A program made the position numbers and the translations under genes. Positions 37,129 to 48,339 of a stretch of 64,000 nt of DNA are shown piece after piece; the stretch's first letter is position 1, and each line of letters begins with the position of its first letter. The DNA lies in the NCBI GenBank assembly GCA_018057765.1, contig JAGPDB010000002.1, positions 32,138 through 96,137 on the forward strand, written 5' to 3'. This stretch comes from Acidimicrobiia bacterium. GTDB lineage: Bacteria; Actinomycetota; Acidimicrobiia; IMCC26256; JAGPDB01. The notes under the pieces are model-generated. The model did not search any database and was not told the DNA's origin. It saw only the letters and a program-made list of their open reading frames with translations.

Positions 37129-39273
37129 TTATCTACTTATAAAAATTATTATTGCACTTAAAACTAATACACCACTAAATAAAAATATTGCATAACGTTG
37201 TAGTTTTCCGCTTTGAACTTTTGTTAAAACCGAACCTGTTCCTTGAGAAGTTGAAGCTAAACCATTTACGATCCCGTCAACACCTTTTTGATCAATTTTC
37301 TCGTAAGTAAACGTACCAATTTTTGCAGTAATTTTACCTACGCCATTAACAAAAGCGTTAATTATATTGTCGTTAGTCCAAAGAACAGCATTAGAGATTT
37401 GCTTTTTAAGTCCACCAACAATTATGTCAGTGTAAAGAACATCTAAGAAATATTTCTTTTCTAAAAATGTGTATCCTGCCTTAGCGATTTTGCTTTTTTT
37501 AGTTAAATCAATAAAGCCGATTTTTTTCCAATAGTAAAGATAAGTAACTAAAATACCAAACAGTCCACATGCAGTAGCAATACCAGCATCTATCCAAGAA
37601 AATTCAGCATGAGATATAAACGCACCTGCACCTTGGACTAATCCCTCTAATGGAAACGCTCCTTTAGGTTCAACCCATTCTTTAAATTTCTCAATACCAA
37701 ACGGTGTAGCATTTAATAGTCCTGCAAAAATTGAGAATATCGCCAAGATTATTAAAGGAATTGTTATAGCTTTAGGCGATTCGTGCGGGTGATGATGTCC
37801 TCTATATTCACCGAAGAAAGTTAGATAAACACAACGTGTCATATATGCAGCGGTCAATATAGCACCTGCTAGACCAACATAAACGAAAAATTGATAACCA
37901 TTATGGCCAACGTTTGCCAAGATTTCATCTTTTGACCAGAAACCAGCAAATGGGAATATGCCAGCAAGCGCTGCAGTACCAATCATGAAAGTAGTAAAAG
38001 TTACTGGCATCAATTTACGAAGCCCACCCATATCTTTTTTCATTTCAAAAGAATGATGAGATCCACTATGTGCGACAGATCCTGCGCCTAAGAATAATAA
38101 AGCTTTGAAAAATGCGTGTGTAAATAGATGGAATACTGCAGCTACCCAAGCGCCAGATCCAAGCGCCATAACCATATAGCCAAGTTGTGAAATTGTTGAA
38201 TATGCCAATACTTTTTTGATATCACTTTGCACAAAGGCCAAAACAGCACCAGCGATAATAGTTATACCACCAATAAGAATCATAGGATTCAAACCAGTTT
38301 CACCAATATTGAAACCTTCCCAAAAGATAGGAAAAACGCGAGCACCAAGATAAACACCAGCAACAACCATAGTTGCAGCATGGATAAGCGCAGAAACAGG
38401 AGTTGGACCAGCCATAGCATCAGGCAGCCAAGTATGTAGAGGAAATTGTCCCGACTTGCCCATGATACCTAGCAATAGGGCAAGAGCCGTCATAAGTATT
38501 AATGTGTGACCAACTTTTCCAGAAAGGGCAGCATTATTAATTGAAAGAATTGAGAAAGATCCAGAACCAGTTGCACGTTGCACGATAAAGAATGTCATTA
38601 CAACACCAGTTAATAACCCAATATCACCAAAACGAGTAGTGAAGAAAGCTTTTAGGGCAGCATTTGAATTTTCTTTTTCTTCCCACCAATGCCCAATGAG
38701 CATAAATGAACATAGTCCAACGAGTTCCCAACCGAGCAACAATTGCAAAGTATTACTTGCAACTATAAGCATCATCATTGAAGCTGTAAAAAGAGATAGC
38801 GCTGCATAATAATGCGTATATCTAATATCACCTTTTAAATATTCAGTCGAATAGATATGTACGAGTGTAGAAATTACACCTACAACAATTAACATCATTA
38901 CTGCAAGGCCATCAATCTGAGTACCAGCTTCTAGTTTTAAAACACCAAAACGTAACCAAGTATAAGCCTGACCATAAACTTTTGACTCGTCAGCAAAATT
39001 TATCCATTGATAAGCAGCCATTATTGCATAAGCTAAAACAGCTACCAATGCAGTAATGCCAATTTCATGCCCTCCTTTTGGAAGTTTCTTACCAAAAAAT
39101 AAAATCAAAAAGAAACTAACGAGAGGAATTAAAACTATCAGCCAAGCATGTGTTAAAAACCAAGGACCTTGTGAACTTAATGAAGTAATCTTTTCACCTA
39201 AGTGATGTGCGCCTTCAGCTGACTCGCCTTCTCCACCTTGCAAAAGGTTAGTTAACAATATAGAACTAATCAT
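37129..39273 (-). CDS. nuoL: NADH-quinone oxidoreductase subunit L (cluster 1), long form of 714 aa
   Basis: Antiporter-like core plus a C-terminal long horizontal helix/TM. Follows nuoK. Confidence 0.85.
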   Translation of the reverse strand: MISSILLTNLLQGGEGESAEGAHHLGEKITSLSSQGPWFLTHAWLIVLIPLVSFFLILFFGKKLPKGGHEIGITALVAVLAYAIMAAYQWINFADESKVYGQAYTWLRFGVLKLEAGTQIDGLAVMMLIVVGVISTLVHIYSTEYLKGDIRYTHYYAALSLFTASMMMLIVASNTLQLLLGWELVGLCSFMLIGHWWEEKENSNAALKAFFTTRFGDIGLLTGVVMTFFIVQRATGSGSFSILSINNAALSGKVGHTLILMTALALLLGIMGKSGQFPLHTWLPDAMAGPTPVSALIHAATMVVAGVYLGARVFPIFWEGFNIGETGLNPMILIGGITIIAGAVLAFVQSDIKKVLAYSTISQLGYMVMALGSGAWVAAVFHLFTHAFFKALLFLGAGSVAHSGSHHSFEMKKDMGGLRKLMPVTFTTFMIGTAALAGIFPFAGFWSKDEILANVGHNGYQFFVYVGLAGAILTAAYMTRCVYLTFFGEYRGHHHPHESPKAITIPLIILAIFSIFAGLLNATPFGIEKFKEWVEPKGAFPLEGLVQGAGAFISHAEFSWIDAGIATACGLFGILVTYLYYWKKIGFIDLTKKSKIAKAGYTFLEKKYFLDVLYTDIIVGGLKKQISNAVLWTNDNIINAFVNGVGKITAKIGTFTYEKIDQKGVDGIVNGLASTSQGTGSVLTKVQSGKLQRYAIFLFSGVLVLSAIIIFISR

Positions 39274-39275
39274 TT

Positions 39276-39575
39276 TTAACCCTTCAACTTATCTAATTCA
39301 TCAAGATTTGGAGATTTCTTGTTACGAGCAATAAGTAAAACTAAACCTAAGCCTACGCATATTTCAGCTGCAGCAATAGTAATTACAAATACTGCAAAAG
39401 TATTACCAACAACGTTTTGTGAAAATTGTGAAAAAGCAATAAGGTTTAAGTTCACTGCATTAAGCATCAACTCAATACTCATTAAGACCAAGATTCCATT
39501 CTTTCTTGCAATAATCCCATACATCCCACAAGAAAAAAGAAACGCGCTAACTATTAAAATCATATTAATTTGCAT
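39276..39575 (-). CDS. nuoK: NADH-quinone oxidoreductase subunit K (cluster 1)
   Basis: 99 aa, 3 TM helices. Conserved Glu-containing helices (ELMLNAVNL). Confidence 0.85.
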   Translation of the reverse strand: MQINMILIVSAFLFSCGMYGIIARKNGILVLMSIELMLNAVNLNLIAFSQFSQNVVGNTFAVFVITIAAAEICVGLGLVLLIARNKKSPNLDELDKLKG

Positions 39576-39576
39576 C

Positions 39577-40095
39577 TCAGTCCTTCCTCGCTAAAACAAC
39601 CGCGCCAATTAAAGCTGCTAAAAGCAAAACTCCGACTAACTCAAAGGCAAAGACATTATCGAAAATGAGTGAATTGCTTAATGCATCCATACGGCCATTT
39701 GCTAAAGTACTATTCACACTTGTACCACTGATTGCAATTTTCTCCTTATTATCAAATGCCTTAATAATAAGAGTTGATATTAATGCGAATGTTGCTAACG
39801 ATACTATATAAGCAGGTATACGATTTTTATTATCTAAATCTTCGTTATCTCCCATAGGTGAGCGAGTTAACATTATGCCGAATAGCAAAAGTACCATTAC
39901 TGCACCTATGTAAATAAGTATCTGGACCCAAGCCAAAAATTCTGCAGCAATCAATAAATATATTCCAGCTATCGCACCCAAAACAGCTACTAAATATAAT
40001 GCAGCATGGACAATATTTGGTGTACGTACAACTGCAAAGCCACCTACACAAGCAACAATGCTTAAGAGAACAAAAATTACATTCTGTACTATCAT
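39577..40095 (-). CDS. nuoJ: NADH-quinone oxidoreductase subunit J (cluster 1)
   Basis: A 172-aa hydrophobic subunit between nuoI and nuoK. Confidence 0.8.
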   Translation of the reverse strand: MIVQNVIFVLLSIVACVGGFAVVRTPNIVHAALYLVAVLGAIAGIYLLIAAEFLAWVQILIYIGAVMVLLLFGIMLTRSPMGDNEDLDNKNRIPAYIVSLATFALISTLIIKAFDNKEKIAISGTSVNSTLANGRMDALSNSLIFDNVFAFELVGVLLLAALIGAVVLARKD

Positions 40096-40643
40096 TTTTT
40101 CTTCTTTACTTTTGCAGGAATTGCGCCTGCTTCAAGAGGCTCTGGCTCAGGTATTGTATCCATCCAATCAAAAAGTGTTTGTTTTTGGTGCAACAAATTA
40201 GCAATACGAAATTCACTATATTCAAATTCTGGTGACCAAAAAAGTGCATCGAAAGGACAAACCTCAACACAGATTCCACAATACATACAAAGGCTATAGT
40301 CAATGTCGAAACGATCCAAAATATTAACGTTACGTTCTTTACCACCTTCACGTCGAGGTGGTGCTTTTGTTTTATGTCCTTCAATATAGATACACCAGTC
40401 TGGGCAAGATCTAGAACATAACATACAAGCTGTGCAGTTTTCTTCGGAAAGAGCAATAACACCACGCGCACGTGGGGCAACTTCTTCTTTTTCATGAGGA
40501 TACTGAATAGTTACTGCAGGTTCCATCATTGTACGGAAAGGCACAGTTAAACCCTTGACCACACCTGGAATCTTTGGCTTTTTACTTTTTTTAGGTTTAT
40601 CACTCATATAAATCCTTCCGTTAATTCCAGACCATGAAAGCAC
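40092..40643 (-). CDS. nuoI: NADH-quinone oxidoreductase subunit I (cluster 1), a 2x[4Fe-4S] ferredoxin-like subunit
   Basis: Two CxxCxxCxxxCP motifs ([12 protein letters not shown] and [12 protein letters not shown]). Confidence 0.9.
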   Translation of the reverse strand: MLSWSGINGRIYMSDKPKKSKKPKIPGVVKGLTVPFRTMMEPAVTIQYPHEKEEVAPRARGVIALSEENCTACMLCSRSCPDWCIYIEGHKTKAPPRREGGKERNVNILDRFDIDYSLCMYCGICVEVCPFDALFWSPEFEYSEFRIANLLHQKQTLFDWMDTIPEPEPLEAGAIPAKVKKKK

Positions 40644-41667
40644 CAGTAACCAAAATATTTAATACTGATATTGGTATTAAATATTTCCATGCAAGGCTTT
40701 GAAGTTGGTCTTCTCTAAATCGCGGATAAGTAAATCGGGCCCAGAACATCAAAAATGCAATCAACATAATTTTTGTAAATAAAACTAGTGGTCCCAAAAA
40801 TTTCATATAGCTAGCGTCGAGTGGCACTCCTGGTAGTGACCATCCACCTAAAAATAATGTTGCCGAAATTGCTGAGAATGCAAAAGCGGTACCAAATTCA
40901 GCCATGAAGAAGAATAAGAATCTAAAACCTGTGTACTCAACCATATAGCCACCAACGAGTTCTGACTCAGCTACAGGCATATCAAATGGAGGCTGTGTTA
41001 ATTCTGCTTGTGAAGCAACCATGAACAATCCAAAACCAACAAACTGAGTTAAAATAAATGGATTACCTATTGCATGCAAACCAAAAATTGAACCTTCGTG
41101 TTGTGCTGCAACTATACCTTGTAAGTCTGCAGTACGTGCTTGCATAACAACACCTACAACAGCTAAAAGCAATGGAAGTTCATAGGCAATTAATTGAGCA
41201 GCAGCACGCAAAGCACCTAGTAAAGCAAACTTAGAAGCACTTGCCCACCCAGCCATCAAAACACCAATAACGCTTAATGATGAAACAGCCAGCGCATAAA
41301 AAACTCCAACATTTAAATTTCGTACTTGAAGATCAGGACCAACAGGAATAACGATATAAACCAAAAAGGTAGACATCAAAATAACAATAGGTGCCATTGC
41401 GAAAACTTTTTTATCAGCATCTTCTGGCATGATATCTTCTTTTTGCAAGAATTTTATACCGTCACCAACAAGTTGGAACCAACCATGAAATCCACCTGGG
41501 TCCATAGGACCTAAACGTGATTGCATATGACTCATCATTTTTAGAAGGAATACATAACCAAGAATTAAAGCACCTGCAGGGATAGTTCCTAAGACTATTG
41601 CAGTTTTAATTGCAGCTGTCCAGCCCCAACCTATCTCTAGAGCAAAAGTTACACCATGAGAAATCAT
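40621..41667 (-). CDS. nuoH: NADH-quinone oxidoreductase subunit H (cluster 1)
   Basis: Start MISHG (ATG at 41665-41667), overlapping the nuoD stop as ATGA, with a GGGAG RBS. Conserved MQSRLGP motif and 8 TM helices. Confidence 0.85.
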   Translation of the reverse strand: MISHGVTFALEIGWGWTAAIKTAIVLGTIPAGALILGYVFLLKMMSHMQSRLGPMDPGGFHGWFQLVGDGIKFLQKEDIMPEDADKKVFAMAPIVILMSTFLVYIVIPVGPDLQVRNLNVGVFYALAVSSLSVIGVLMAGWASASKFALLGALRAAAQLIAYELPLLLAVVGVVMQARTADLQGIVAAQHEGSIFGLHAIGNPFILTQFVGFGLFMVASQAELTQPPFDMPVAESELVGGYMVEYTGFRFLFFFMAEFGTAFAFSAISATLFLGGWSLPGVPLDASYMKFLGPLVLFTKIMLIAFLMFWARFTYPRFREDQLQSLAWKYLIPISVLNILVTGAFMVWN

Positions 41668-42842
41668 CTGTCTATATCTCCCAAAATAAAATATAATGAG
41701 GCAAGAATTGTCACAATATCTGGAACATAAACACCTTTTAATAACCATGGGCAAATTGAAACATTAGAAAAAGATGCAGATCTTATTTTCACACGGAAAG
41801 GTCCCGTAGATCCTTTTGAATATATATAGTAACCCATTTGACCAAGAGGGTTTTCTGTTTCAACCCAAACTTCACCTTCTGGAACTTTAATAATCAATGG
41901 AACTTTGGTCATGATTGCACCACTTGGTAATTTGTCAATAAGTTGTCGAACCATATTTATTGATTCACGTGTTTCTTGCAAGCGCACCCAATAGCGAGAG
42001 AATGAATCTCCATCGGGATGAGTCCAAACTTTAAAATCTATATCGTCATAAGCTAAATATTTTTGTCCATCGCGACGTAAATCCCAATCAACACCGCTAG
42101 CTCGAATATTTGAACCACTAACTCCGTATTTCAAACCCATCTCTTTGGTTATGATTCCAACACCACGTGTGCGAGCTTGAAAAATCTCGTTTTCCATTAC
42201 CAATCGTTCAAAATCATCAATAGATTTTTCACAAATATCCAAAACTCGTTTACACTCACTAGTCCAGCCCCATGGTAAGTCATTATATAGACCACCTATG
42301 CGGTTAAAGTTTGGATGAAAACGTCCACCAGTAACGGCTTCAATTAAGTTGACAACATATTCACGATCACGAAAACCATAAAATGCAGGTGTAATTGCAC
42401 CGACTTGTAATCCCATCTCACCTAAAAATAATAGAAATGTAGAAATACGAGAAAGTTCTGTCAGTATTGTCCGCAAATATTCTGCACGTGGAGGGGCTTC
42501 TACTCCCAAAAGTTTTTCTGCGCCGTTAATAAATGGAACTTCATTTGCAAAGGAACTCAACCAGTCAATACGGTTAATTAAAGTAGTAATTTGTGGATAT
42601 GTTCTGTATTCGGTGAGTTTTTCGTAACCTCTATGCATGTAACCAATAACAGGATCTGCAGCAATAACTCTTTCACCATCAAGTCGCACAACTAATCGCA
42701 AAGTACCATGAGTAGCTGGATGCTGTGGACCCATGTTTAGAATCATGTCGCCATTATCTAATTCTAGGTTTAATTTTGCATTAGAAATATCACCAAGTTG
42801 TGATGGGTCTACTTCAATCATATCTGAGGTGTTTTTAGTCAT
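41664..42842 (-). CDS. nuoD: NADH-quinone oxidoreductase subunit D (cluster 1)
   Basis: 392 aa. NMGPQHPATHGTLRL and the 49-kDa subunit fold. Directly followed by nuoH with no nuoEFG between. Confidence 0.9.
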   Translation of the reverse strand: MTKNTSDMIEVDPSQLGDISNAKLNLELDNGDMILNMGPQHPATHGTLRLVVRLDGERVIAADPVIGYMHRGYEKLTEYRTYPQITTLINRIDWLSSFANEVPFINGAEKLLGVEAPPRAEYLRTILTELSRISTFLLFLGEMGLQVGAITPAFYGFRDREYVVNLIEAVTGGRFHPNFNRIGGLYNDLPWGWTSECKRVLDICEKSIDDFERLVMENEIFQARTRGVGIITKEMGLKYGVSGSNIRASGVDWDLRRDGQKYLAYDDIDFKVWTHPDGDSFSRYWVRLQETRESINMVRQLIDKLPSGAIMTKVPLIIKVPEGEVWVETENPLGQMGYYIYSKGSTGPFRVKIRSASFSNVSICPWLLKGVYVPDIVTILASLYFILGDIDR

Positions 42843-43528
42843 TATTCTTTAACCTCCGGCATAGCCTCAACATCTGTAAGGCCTGGCCATGGTTTTACAA
42901 CTCGTGCAAGTAGTGGAAAATCTTTTCTTAAAGGAAAGCCTTCAAATTCACCTGGTAAATATAAATGTCGAATTTCGGGATGACCTATAAAATCTATACC
43001 GTACATTTCCCATGTTTCACGTTCGTGCCAATCTGCTCCAGGAAATACATCAACAAAAGATGCGACACTAAAATTCTTAGTGTCGTTAGGATCATCACAA
43101 ACATCAACTTTGATTGTTATACCAAAATGTTTTGTTGTTGATTGTACATGTGAGAAAACTTGAAAACGAGTTTCTCCACCACCAACACCAACAGTTTGTT
43201 CTTTTGGTTGAGTCGGTTGTGCTGCTTCGCGATTAAAATCATCTTCGTTTACCGGCATCGGCATAAAATCTATTGCACTGACAAAAGACAAGAAGTCGCA
43301 ATCTAATTCTTCGTTTGTTATCTTCGCGGCCTTTGCATAACCAGCTTTTGTAACACGAATGATCAAATCACCATGATTCGATTCAAGTTGTAATAATTCT
43401 TTACCGAAGGCTTCTTTAACAGATGCAATTAATGTTTCTGATGGAGCATTTGTAGCCGAAGTCTCAATAGAAGACTGAGAGACTGAGCCAGCTTGTCGAA
43501 TCACGTCATCGGTAGAATCAACCATCAT
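42842..43528 (-). CDS. nuoC: NADH-quinone oxidoreductase subunit C (cluster 1)
   Basis: A 228-aa 30-kDa subunit with an N-terminal Ser/Thr-rich extension. Confidence 0.85.
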   Translation of the reverse strand: MMVDSTDDVIRQAGSVSQSSIETSATNAPSETLIASVKEAFGKELLQLESNHGDLIIRVTKAGYAKAAKITNEELDCDFLSFVSAIDFMPMPVNEDDFNREAAQPTQPKEQTVGVGGGETRFQVFSHVQSTTKHFGITIKVDVCDDPNDTKNFSVASFVDVFPGADWHERETWEMYGIDFIGHPEIRHLYLPGEFEGFPLRKDFPLLARVVKPWPGLTDVEAMPEVKE

Positions 43529-44154
43529 GCACCTGTCTTTGATGTAATCGCAACTGGAACTTCTTCTGTATTTTGATTGTATCGGGGTGTCGCAGCCGTT
43601 GCTACTGGCATAATTTTTCGTCCAGTAAATTCACCTAGTGTAGGCTTTCCTAAAAATCTATTCTGTAATTCGTCATTGTCAATACCTTCAAGTTGAATTC
43701 TCTCTTGCAACATTGTTACAGCCTGAATTAAAGCTTCTGGCCGAGGAGGGCATCCTGGTATATAAACATCGACTGGCAATATTTGGTCAATTCCTTTTGT
43801 GACGGAATACGAATCCCAATATGGACCACCGCTGTTAGCGCACGCACCCATTGAGATAACATATTTTGGATCAGGCATCTGTTCGTATAATCGAACAATT
43901 GCAGGAACCATTTTGTCTGTGACTGTACCAGATATCACAACCAAGTCAGCTTGACGAGGAGATGCTGGAAATGGAATTACTCCAATGCGCATCATGTCAT
44001 ATCGGGGTGATGCTAATGCCGCACCCATTTCTATTGCGCAACAAGCTAGCCCCCATTGAAACATCCACAGTGAATATTTTCTCGAATAATTCAATAACCA
44101 AGTTAACGGTTTGATCTTTTTGCCGTTTAGTAAACCTTTGTCGACTACGCCCAT
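43525..44154 (-). CDS. nuoB: NADH-quinone oxidoreductase subunit B (cluster 1)
   Basis: N2 cluster ligands [17 protein letters not shown] and GCPPRP. Confidence 0.9.
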   Translation of the reverse strand: MGVVDKGLLNGKKIKPLTWLLNYSRKYSLWMFQWGLACCAIEMGAALASPRYDMMRIGVIPFPASPRQADLVVISGTVTDKMVPAIVRLYEQMPDPKYVISMGACANSGGPYWDSYSVTKGIDQILPVDVYIPGCPPRPEALIQAVTMLQERIQLEGIDNDELQNRFLGKPTLGEFTGRKIMPVATAATPRYNQNTEEVPVAITSKTGA

Positions 44155-44576
44155 TTAAGTAATCCTTTGCGCCAGTCATACGCGAGACCAACAAATAATA
44201 CGACTAGAAAAATCGCCATGGCATTAAAACCAAAAACACCAAGTCCTTCAACATTTAAAGCCCATGGAAAAACAAATATTGCTTCAACGTCGAAAATAAC
44301 AAATAATAATGCAAATATATAATATCTAATATTGCTTTGGCCTAGACCACCAATTGGATCTGATCCTGATTCATAAACTTTATATTTTTGTTTTGCACTA
44401 ACGTTAGGCCTTAGCAATTTCGCCATACCCAACATTGCGCCAACCATGCCCATTGCAGCAAACATAAATATAGCTACAGATAGATAGTTGCGGTAATATT
44501 CGGTCATGGGGTTCGAACTAATTTTACTTGTGGCTATATTAGCTATTGTGGCGATTTGATGATTGAAACTAAACAT
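44145..44576 (-). CDS. nuoA: NADH-quinone oxidoreductase subunit A (cluster 1). The probable true start is MTEYY at 44507.
   Basis: 3 TM helices and a conserved [12 protein letters not shown] segment. Overlaps the nuoB start. Confidence 0.8.
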   Translation of the reverse strand: MFSFNHQIATIANIATSKISSNPMTEYYRNYLSVAIFMFAAMGMVGAMLGMAKLLRPNVSAKQKYKVYESGSDPIGGLGQSNIRYYIFALLFVIFDVEAIFVFPWALNVEGLGVFGFNAMAIFLVVLFVGLAYDWRKGLLKWA

Positions 44577-44715
44577 ATCCGAATGTGAGTCTATTAGGTT
44601 TTAAGTACATTTTCAGAAAATAAGGGGTAATTTTTTAAAAAAAACAGTTACTAGATATCAACGTTTTAATTACACGAGATTTTCTACCAAGAAAGTTGTT
44701 TTAAAGGTTAAGCGT

Positions 44716-45933
44716 TTAATTGCTAAGTATTTGTTTTCCAAGAAAAGAATCTACATGTACGGTACTAATACATATACTAGGTGGTATTTGCGGATCTACC
44801 GTTGAAGGATCAGGTACGACTCCATCAAATGATGAAACGCGCTCACCAATGTCATCTATTTCTTTCGACACGTGACCTTCAGGAAAGCCATTTACGTCAA
44901 ATCCAGTACCTATAATTGCACCATCGGTATCTACAACTTCCACTGTTGGCAGTTTAGAAGCAATTTTATGGTAGCTATCAAATAGTAGAGTTGCACTTGG
45001 ACGATTTGGCACTAATCTTTGAGCTGAGATTGAACGTCTATTTTTTGCTTCTTTAATTAGATGAACAATACTACCCACTGTTATTGCACCCGCTGAAACT
45101 AAAGGTACATGCATGGATAAAGTACCCGCTTGGAGCCGCATTGCAGAGATTGCTGCACTCATAAAACAATAAGAAGTAATATAAATCGAGGAATGACTTA
45201 GATTTAATTTTGATTGGAACCTTTCAGACCCAGCTACGACTGTCTCAAGCAGACCGCCATGAATTTCTTTTGCAATTGTGGCAGATATATCCAAAGATTT
45301 CAAAAACCCACGTAATTCTCCTCTTGCAATTTTGTAATTAATATTAATATTTCCTCTTGTGGCACTCAATAAAACTTTAGATTCACGTTTAATTGAATCT
45401 CTAAAATCTGCTCTTTGTTTTTCGCTGCTATTTTTAATAGCAGCTCTAATTAACTGTGATGACTGATAAAAGCCACTAATTGCGCGTTTATAACTAGTAT
45501 TTTGATACTTAGATAGAGAATCTGTGATTTTCTGAATCCTTTTATTATAATAACCCATTAGATCTTCGTCAGATATCCAACCCATATCGGCGATTTGTGC
45601 TATTTTCTCGCGATATGCCATATATAGATAGGTCGCGTTTTCATTCTTTGCTGGGTCAGCATCTGAGTTCATACTTGATTCAGACAATTCGCTTATTTGT
45701 CGGACTCCGATTAGATCAGCCATTTTCTTGGCTATAGCATCAAAAGTTTTAAGACTTTCCTGTAAATCAGTGATTAAACTTCTTCCGATTAGATCACTAG
45801 ATACAAAATCCTTACAACAAGGATATCGCTGGATCAACAAATCTACAGATTGATTAGCATCATGACGGCTCGGAAAATCAAGTTGCTTAATTTGGTCATC
45901 ATTGGCTGTAACGGGAATACCTGGTTGAGTCAT
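44716..45933 (-). CDS. Hypothetical protein (405 aa) directly upstream of nuoA of cluster 1
   Basis: A clean ORF. The gap to nuoA on the same strand is 140 bp. No recognised family. Confidence 0.55.
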   Translation of the reverse strand: MTQPGIPVTANDDQIKQLDFPSRHDANQSVDLLIQRYPCCKDFVSSDLIGRSLITDLQESLKTFDAIAKKMADLIGVRQISELSESSMNSDADPAKNENATYLYMAYREKIAQIADMGWISDEDLMGYYNKRIQKITDSLSKYQNTSYKRAISGFYQSSQLIRAAIKNSSEKQRADFRDSIKRESKVLLSATRGNININYKIARGELRGFLKSLDISATIAKEIHGGLLETVVAGSERFQSKLNLSHSSIYITSYCFMSAAISAMRLQAGTLSMHVPLVSAGAITVGSIVHLIKEAKNRRSISAQRLVPNRPSATLLFDSYHKIASKLPTVEVVDTDGAIIGTGFDVNGFPEGHVSKEIDDIGERVSSFDGVVPDPSTVDPQIPPSICISTVHVDSFLGKQILSN

Positions 45934-45960
45934 GACAGGATATCAGCATGATCATACCTT

Positions 45961-46869
45961 TTGATACAATTTGCATTTATCAATAGATCATTTAAGAGCA
46001 AAGCAAAAATTATTGATACATTTAATATTAGAATGTTGATGATGCATTTATTTAAGAAGAAAAAACCCAAATTAAAGGCTTTCGTGCTTTCGGGTGGAGC
46101 AAATATGGGTTGTGCCCAAGTTGGTATGCTGCAAGCCTTATTTGAACATGGTATTTATCCAGACCTACTTATAGGTACATCAGTTGGTGCACTTAACGCT
46201 GCTGCTCTCGCAACAAACCCTACAATCAGTGGAATTTCTGATTTGACTGAATTCTGGAAAAATATTAAAACCGGCGATGTATTCCCTGGTGGATCTTTTA
46301 CTAGAGCTTGGAATTTACTCAAAAGAGATTTATACCTTGTAGAAAATACCGGATTATCAAAAGTAATTGATAGAGCTACAAGAGTACGAGAGATTGAAGA
46401 TTTACAATTACCCATAAGAATTGTCACATGTGATTTAACCACCGGAGAAGAAATCATATATTCAAAAGGCCCACTTAAAGAGGCATTATTAGCAAGTGCT
46501 GCACTACCAGGAGTTTTTCCACCTATAAAACACGATGGCAGAATATTAGTTGATGGAGGTGTGGTTAACGCTGTACCAATTTGGCATGCAATAAGTGAAG
46601 ACGTTGGAGAAATATATGTATTAAATGTTTCCGGATCTTCACCAATAAAAAATCTAAGGACACCATTAGATGTTATTACTAGGTCTTTCTCAATTTCACG
46701 CTCTCAAAGATTCGATACGGAACTGCGTGAAGCCAAACATAATATAAAAGTATTTCATATGCCTCGACCAATTGATAGAAGAGATATGTATGACTTTAGT
46801 AATAGTGAAATACTAATGGAAGAAACTTATAAGCAGTCTTTTGCGTTTTTGGATGCACATCGCTTATAA
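45961..46869 (+). CDS. Patatin-like phospholipase. The probable start is around 46033-46042.
   Basis: An oxyanion/Gly-rich loop FVLSGGANMG, a nucleophile elbow GTSVGALNAA (GxSxG) and a DGG catalytic Asp (VDGGVVNAVP). Confidence 0.85.
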   Translation: MIQFAFINRSFKSKAKIIDTFNIRMLMMHLFKKKKPKLKAFVLSGGANMGCAQVGMLQALFEHGIYPDLLIGTSVGALNAAALATNPTISGISDLTEFWKNIKTGDVFPGGSFTRAWNLLKRDLYLVENTGLSKVIDRATRVREIEDLQLPIRIVTCDLTTGEEIIYSKGPLKEALLASAALPGVFPPIKHDGRILVDGGVVNAVPIWHAISEDVGEIYVLNVSGSSPIKNLRTPLDVITRSFSISRSQRFDTELREAKHNIKVFHMPRPIDRRDMYDFSNSEILMEETYKQSFAFLDAHRL

Positions 46870-48339
46870 AACGTTAGTAAACCCAGTTAGTAGTGATGGG
46901 AAAACACCTATAGCAACTGTGATAAATACGCAGACGCCTATAGCTATTGAAGTTGGCTTCGGAACAATATTTGCTTTCACATCAATTACTTTTTCGGTAT
47001 CATGATTAAAAGAATCAGAGTACATTGAAAGAATTAGTTTTAAATAGAATGCTGCACTTATAACAGTTGCAATTAATACAATTAATGATGTTATATAAAA
47101 TTTTGAATCTAACGCAACTCTAAACACTTCGAATTTTGCAATAAATCCACTTGTTAAAGGAATACCAGCTTGAGCTAATAAAAATACTGTTAAAGAGCCT
47201 GCTATATAAGGATTAGTCTTAGCTAAAGCGTTGATTGAAAGTATTGAATCATTTTGTTCATTTGGTGTACTCAAATAGCCTATAACTAAATATGTTCCTA
47301 CAATAATAAATCCATATGCAATTACATATGTAATTACAGGACCTAAAGCCAATGATCCACCTGATTTCATAGCCAATAAAATATAGCCCGTATGTGAAAT
47401 CGAAGAATATGCAATAGCACGTTTAATATTAGATTGCTTTAAGGCAACTGTAGCTCCAAAAATTGCAGAAGTTAAACAAGCGAGTGTTAATAAAACGCGT
47501 CCAGAGGGTCCATTGATTCCTGCATCTATAACGTTTGTTGACACAAGCCGTGCAAAAACTACAAAAGCTGCCAGTTTTGTTGAAGCTGACATAAAAGTGG
47601 TTATGGGTGAAGGCGCCCCTTGATATGCATCAGGAGACCAAAAATGAAAAGGGAAAGCTGCGACTTTAAAAAGTAAACCAACACTTAGCAATACCATTGA
47701 AACATTTGCTAGTGAAGAATTCTCGGCAACTCCAACTAAAGCTGTTGAACCTGTTAATCCATAATGTAAAGCTACACCATATAAAAAGATTGCTGATGAA
47801 ACAGCTCCCATTATAAAGTATTTAAATCCTGCTTCTAATGATCGCAGACGTCGAGCATCATATGCTGTTAAAACATATAAAGGAATAGAGAAAGTTTCTA
47901 AAGCTATAAATATTGCTACTAAATCATTCGCCATAACAAATGCGAACATTCCTAAAATAACAATTTGTAACAAGATGAAAAATTCTCCAGCTGGTATATC
48001 TTTTCTTGATTTTAAATAAGACGATGCACTCAAAGATACAAGTATAGAGATTAACGAAATGACTAATATTGAAATAACGCTAATACGGTCGGTACTTACT
48101 AGGCCATTGAGAGTTAATAGATCTTTCTTTCCCAGAAGTCCTTGATCAAATTTTCTCCATCTAGCTAGTTGAGAAATAACTACAATCGAACTTGCACTAA
48201 TAGTTGAAATAACTCCAACTCTTCTATGCAAATTATAATTAGTTCTTATTAATGATCTAAAAAGTGTCAACGAACAAATACTTATAACAAAAATTATAAG
48301 TGGAAAAAGTCCGTTGAAGTTAACGTCACCAATATTCAT
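46864..48339 (-). CDS. nuoN: NADH-quinone oxidoreductase subunit N (cluster 2)
   Basis: A 491-aa antiporter-like subunit. Last gene of the 14-gene operon. Confidence 0.85.
   Translation of the reverse strand: MNIGDVNFNGLFPLIIFVISICSLTLFRSLIRTNYNLHRRVGVISTISASSIVVISQLARWRKFDQGLLGKKDLLTLNGLVSTDRISVISILVISLISILVSLSASSYLKSRKDIPAGEFFILLQIVILGMFAFVMANDLVAIFIALETFSIPLYVLTAYDARRLRSLEAGFKYFIMGAVSSAIFLYGVALHYGLTGSTALVGVAENSSLANVSMVLLSVGLLFKVAAFPFHFWSPDAYQGAPSPITTFMSASTKLAAFVVFARLVSTNVIDAGINGPSGRVLLTLACLTSAIFGATVALKQSNIKRAIAYSSISHTGYILLAMKSGGSLALGPVITYVIAYGFIIVGTYLVIGYLSTPNEQNDSILSINALAKTNPYIAGSLTVFLLAQAGIPLTSGFIAKFEVFRVALDSKFYITSLIVLIATVISAAFYLKLILSMYSDSFNHDTEKVIDVKANIVPKPTSIAIGVCVFITVAIGVFPSLLTGFTNVL

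Noticed and set aside
40106-40495. 129-aa ORF in another frame within nuoI/nuoJ of cluster 1
   Set aside because: Alternative-frame overlap of genes carrying conserved Fe-S motifs. No independent support.
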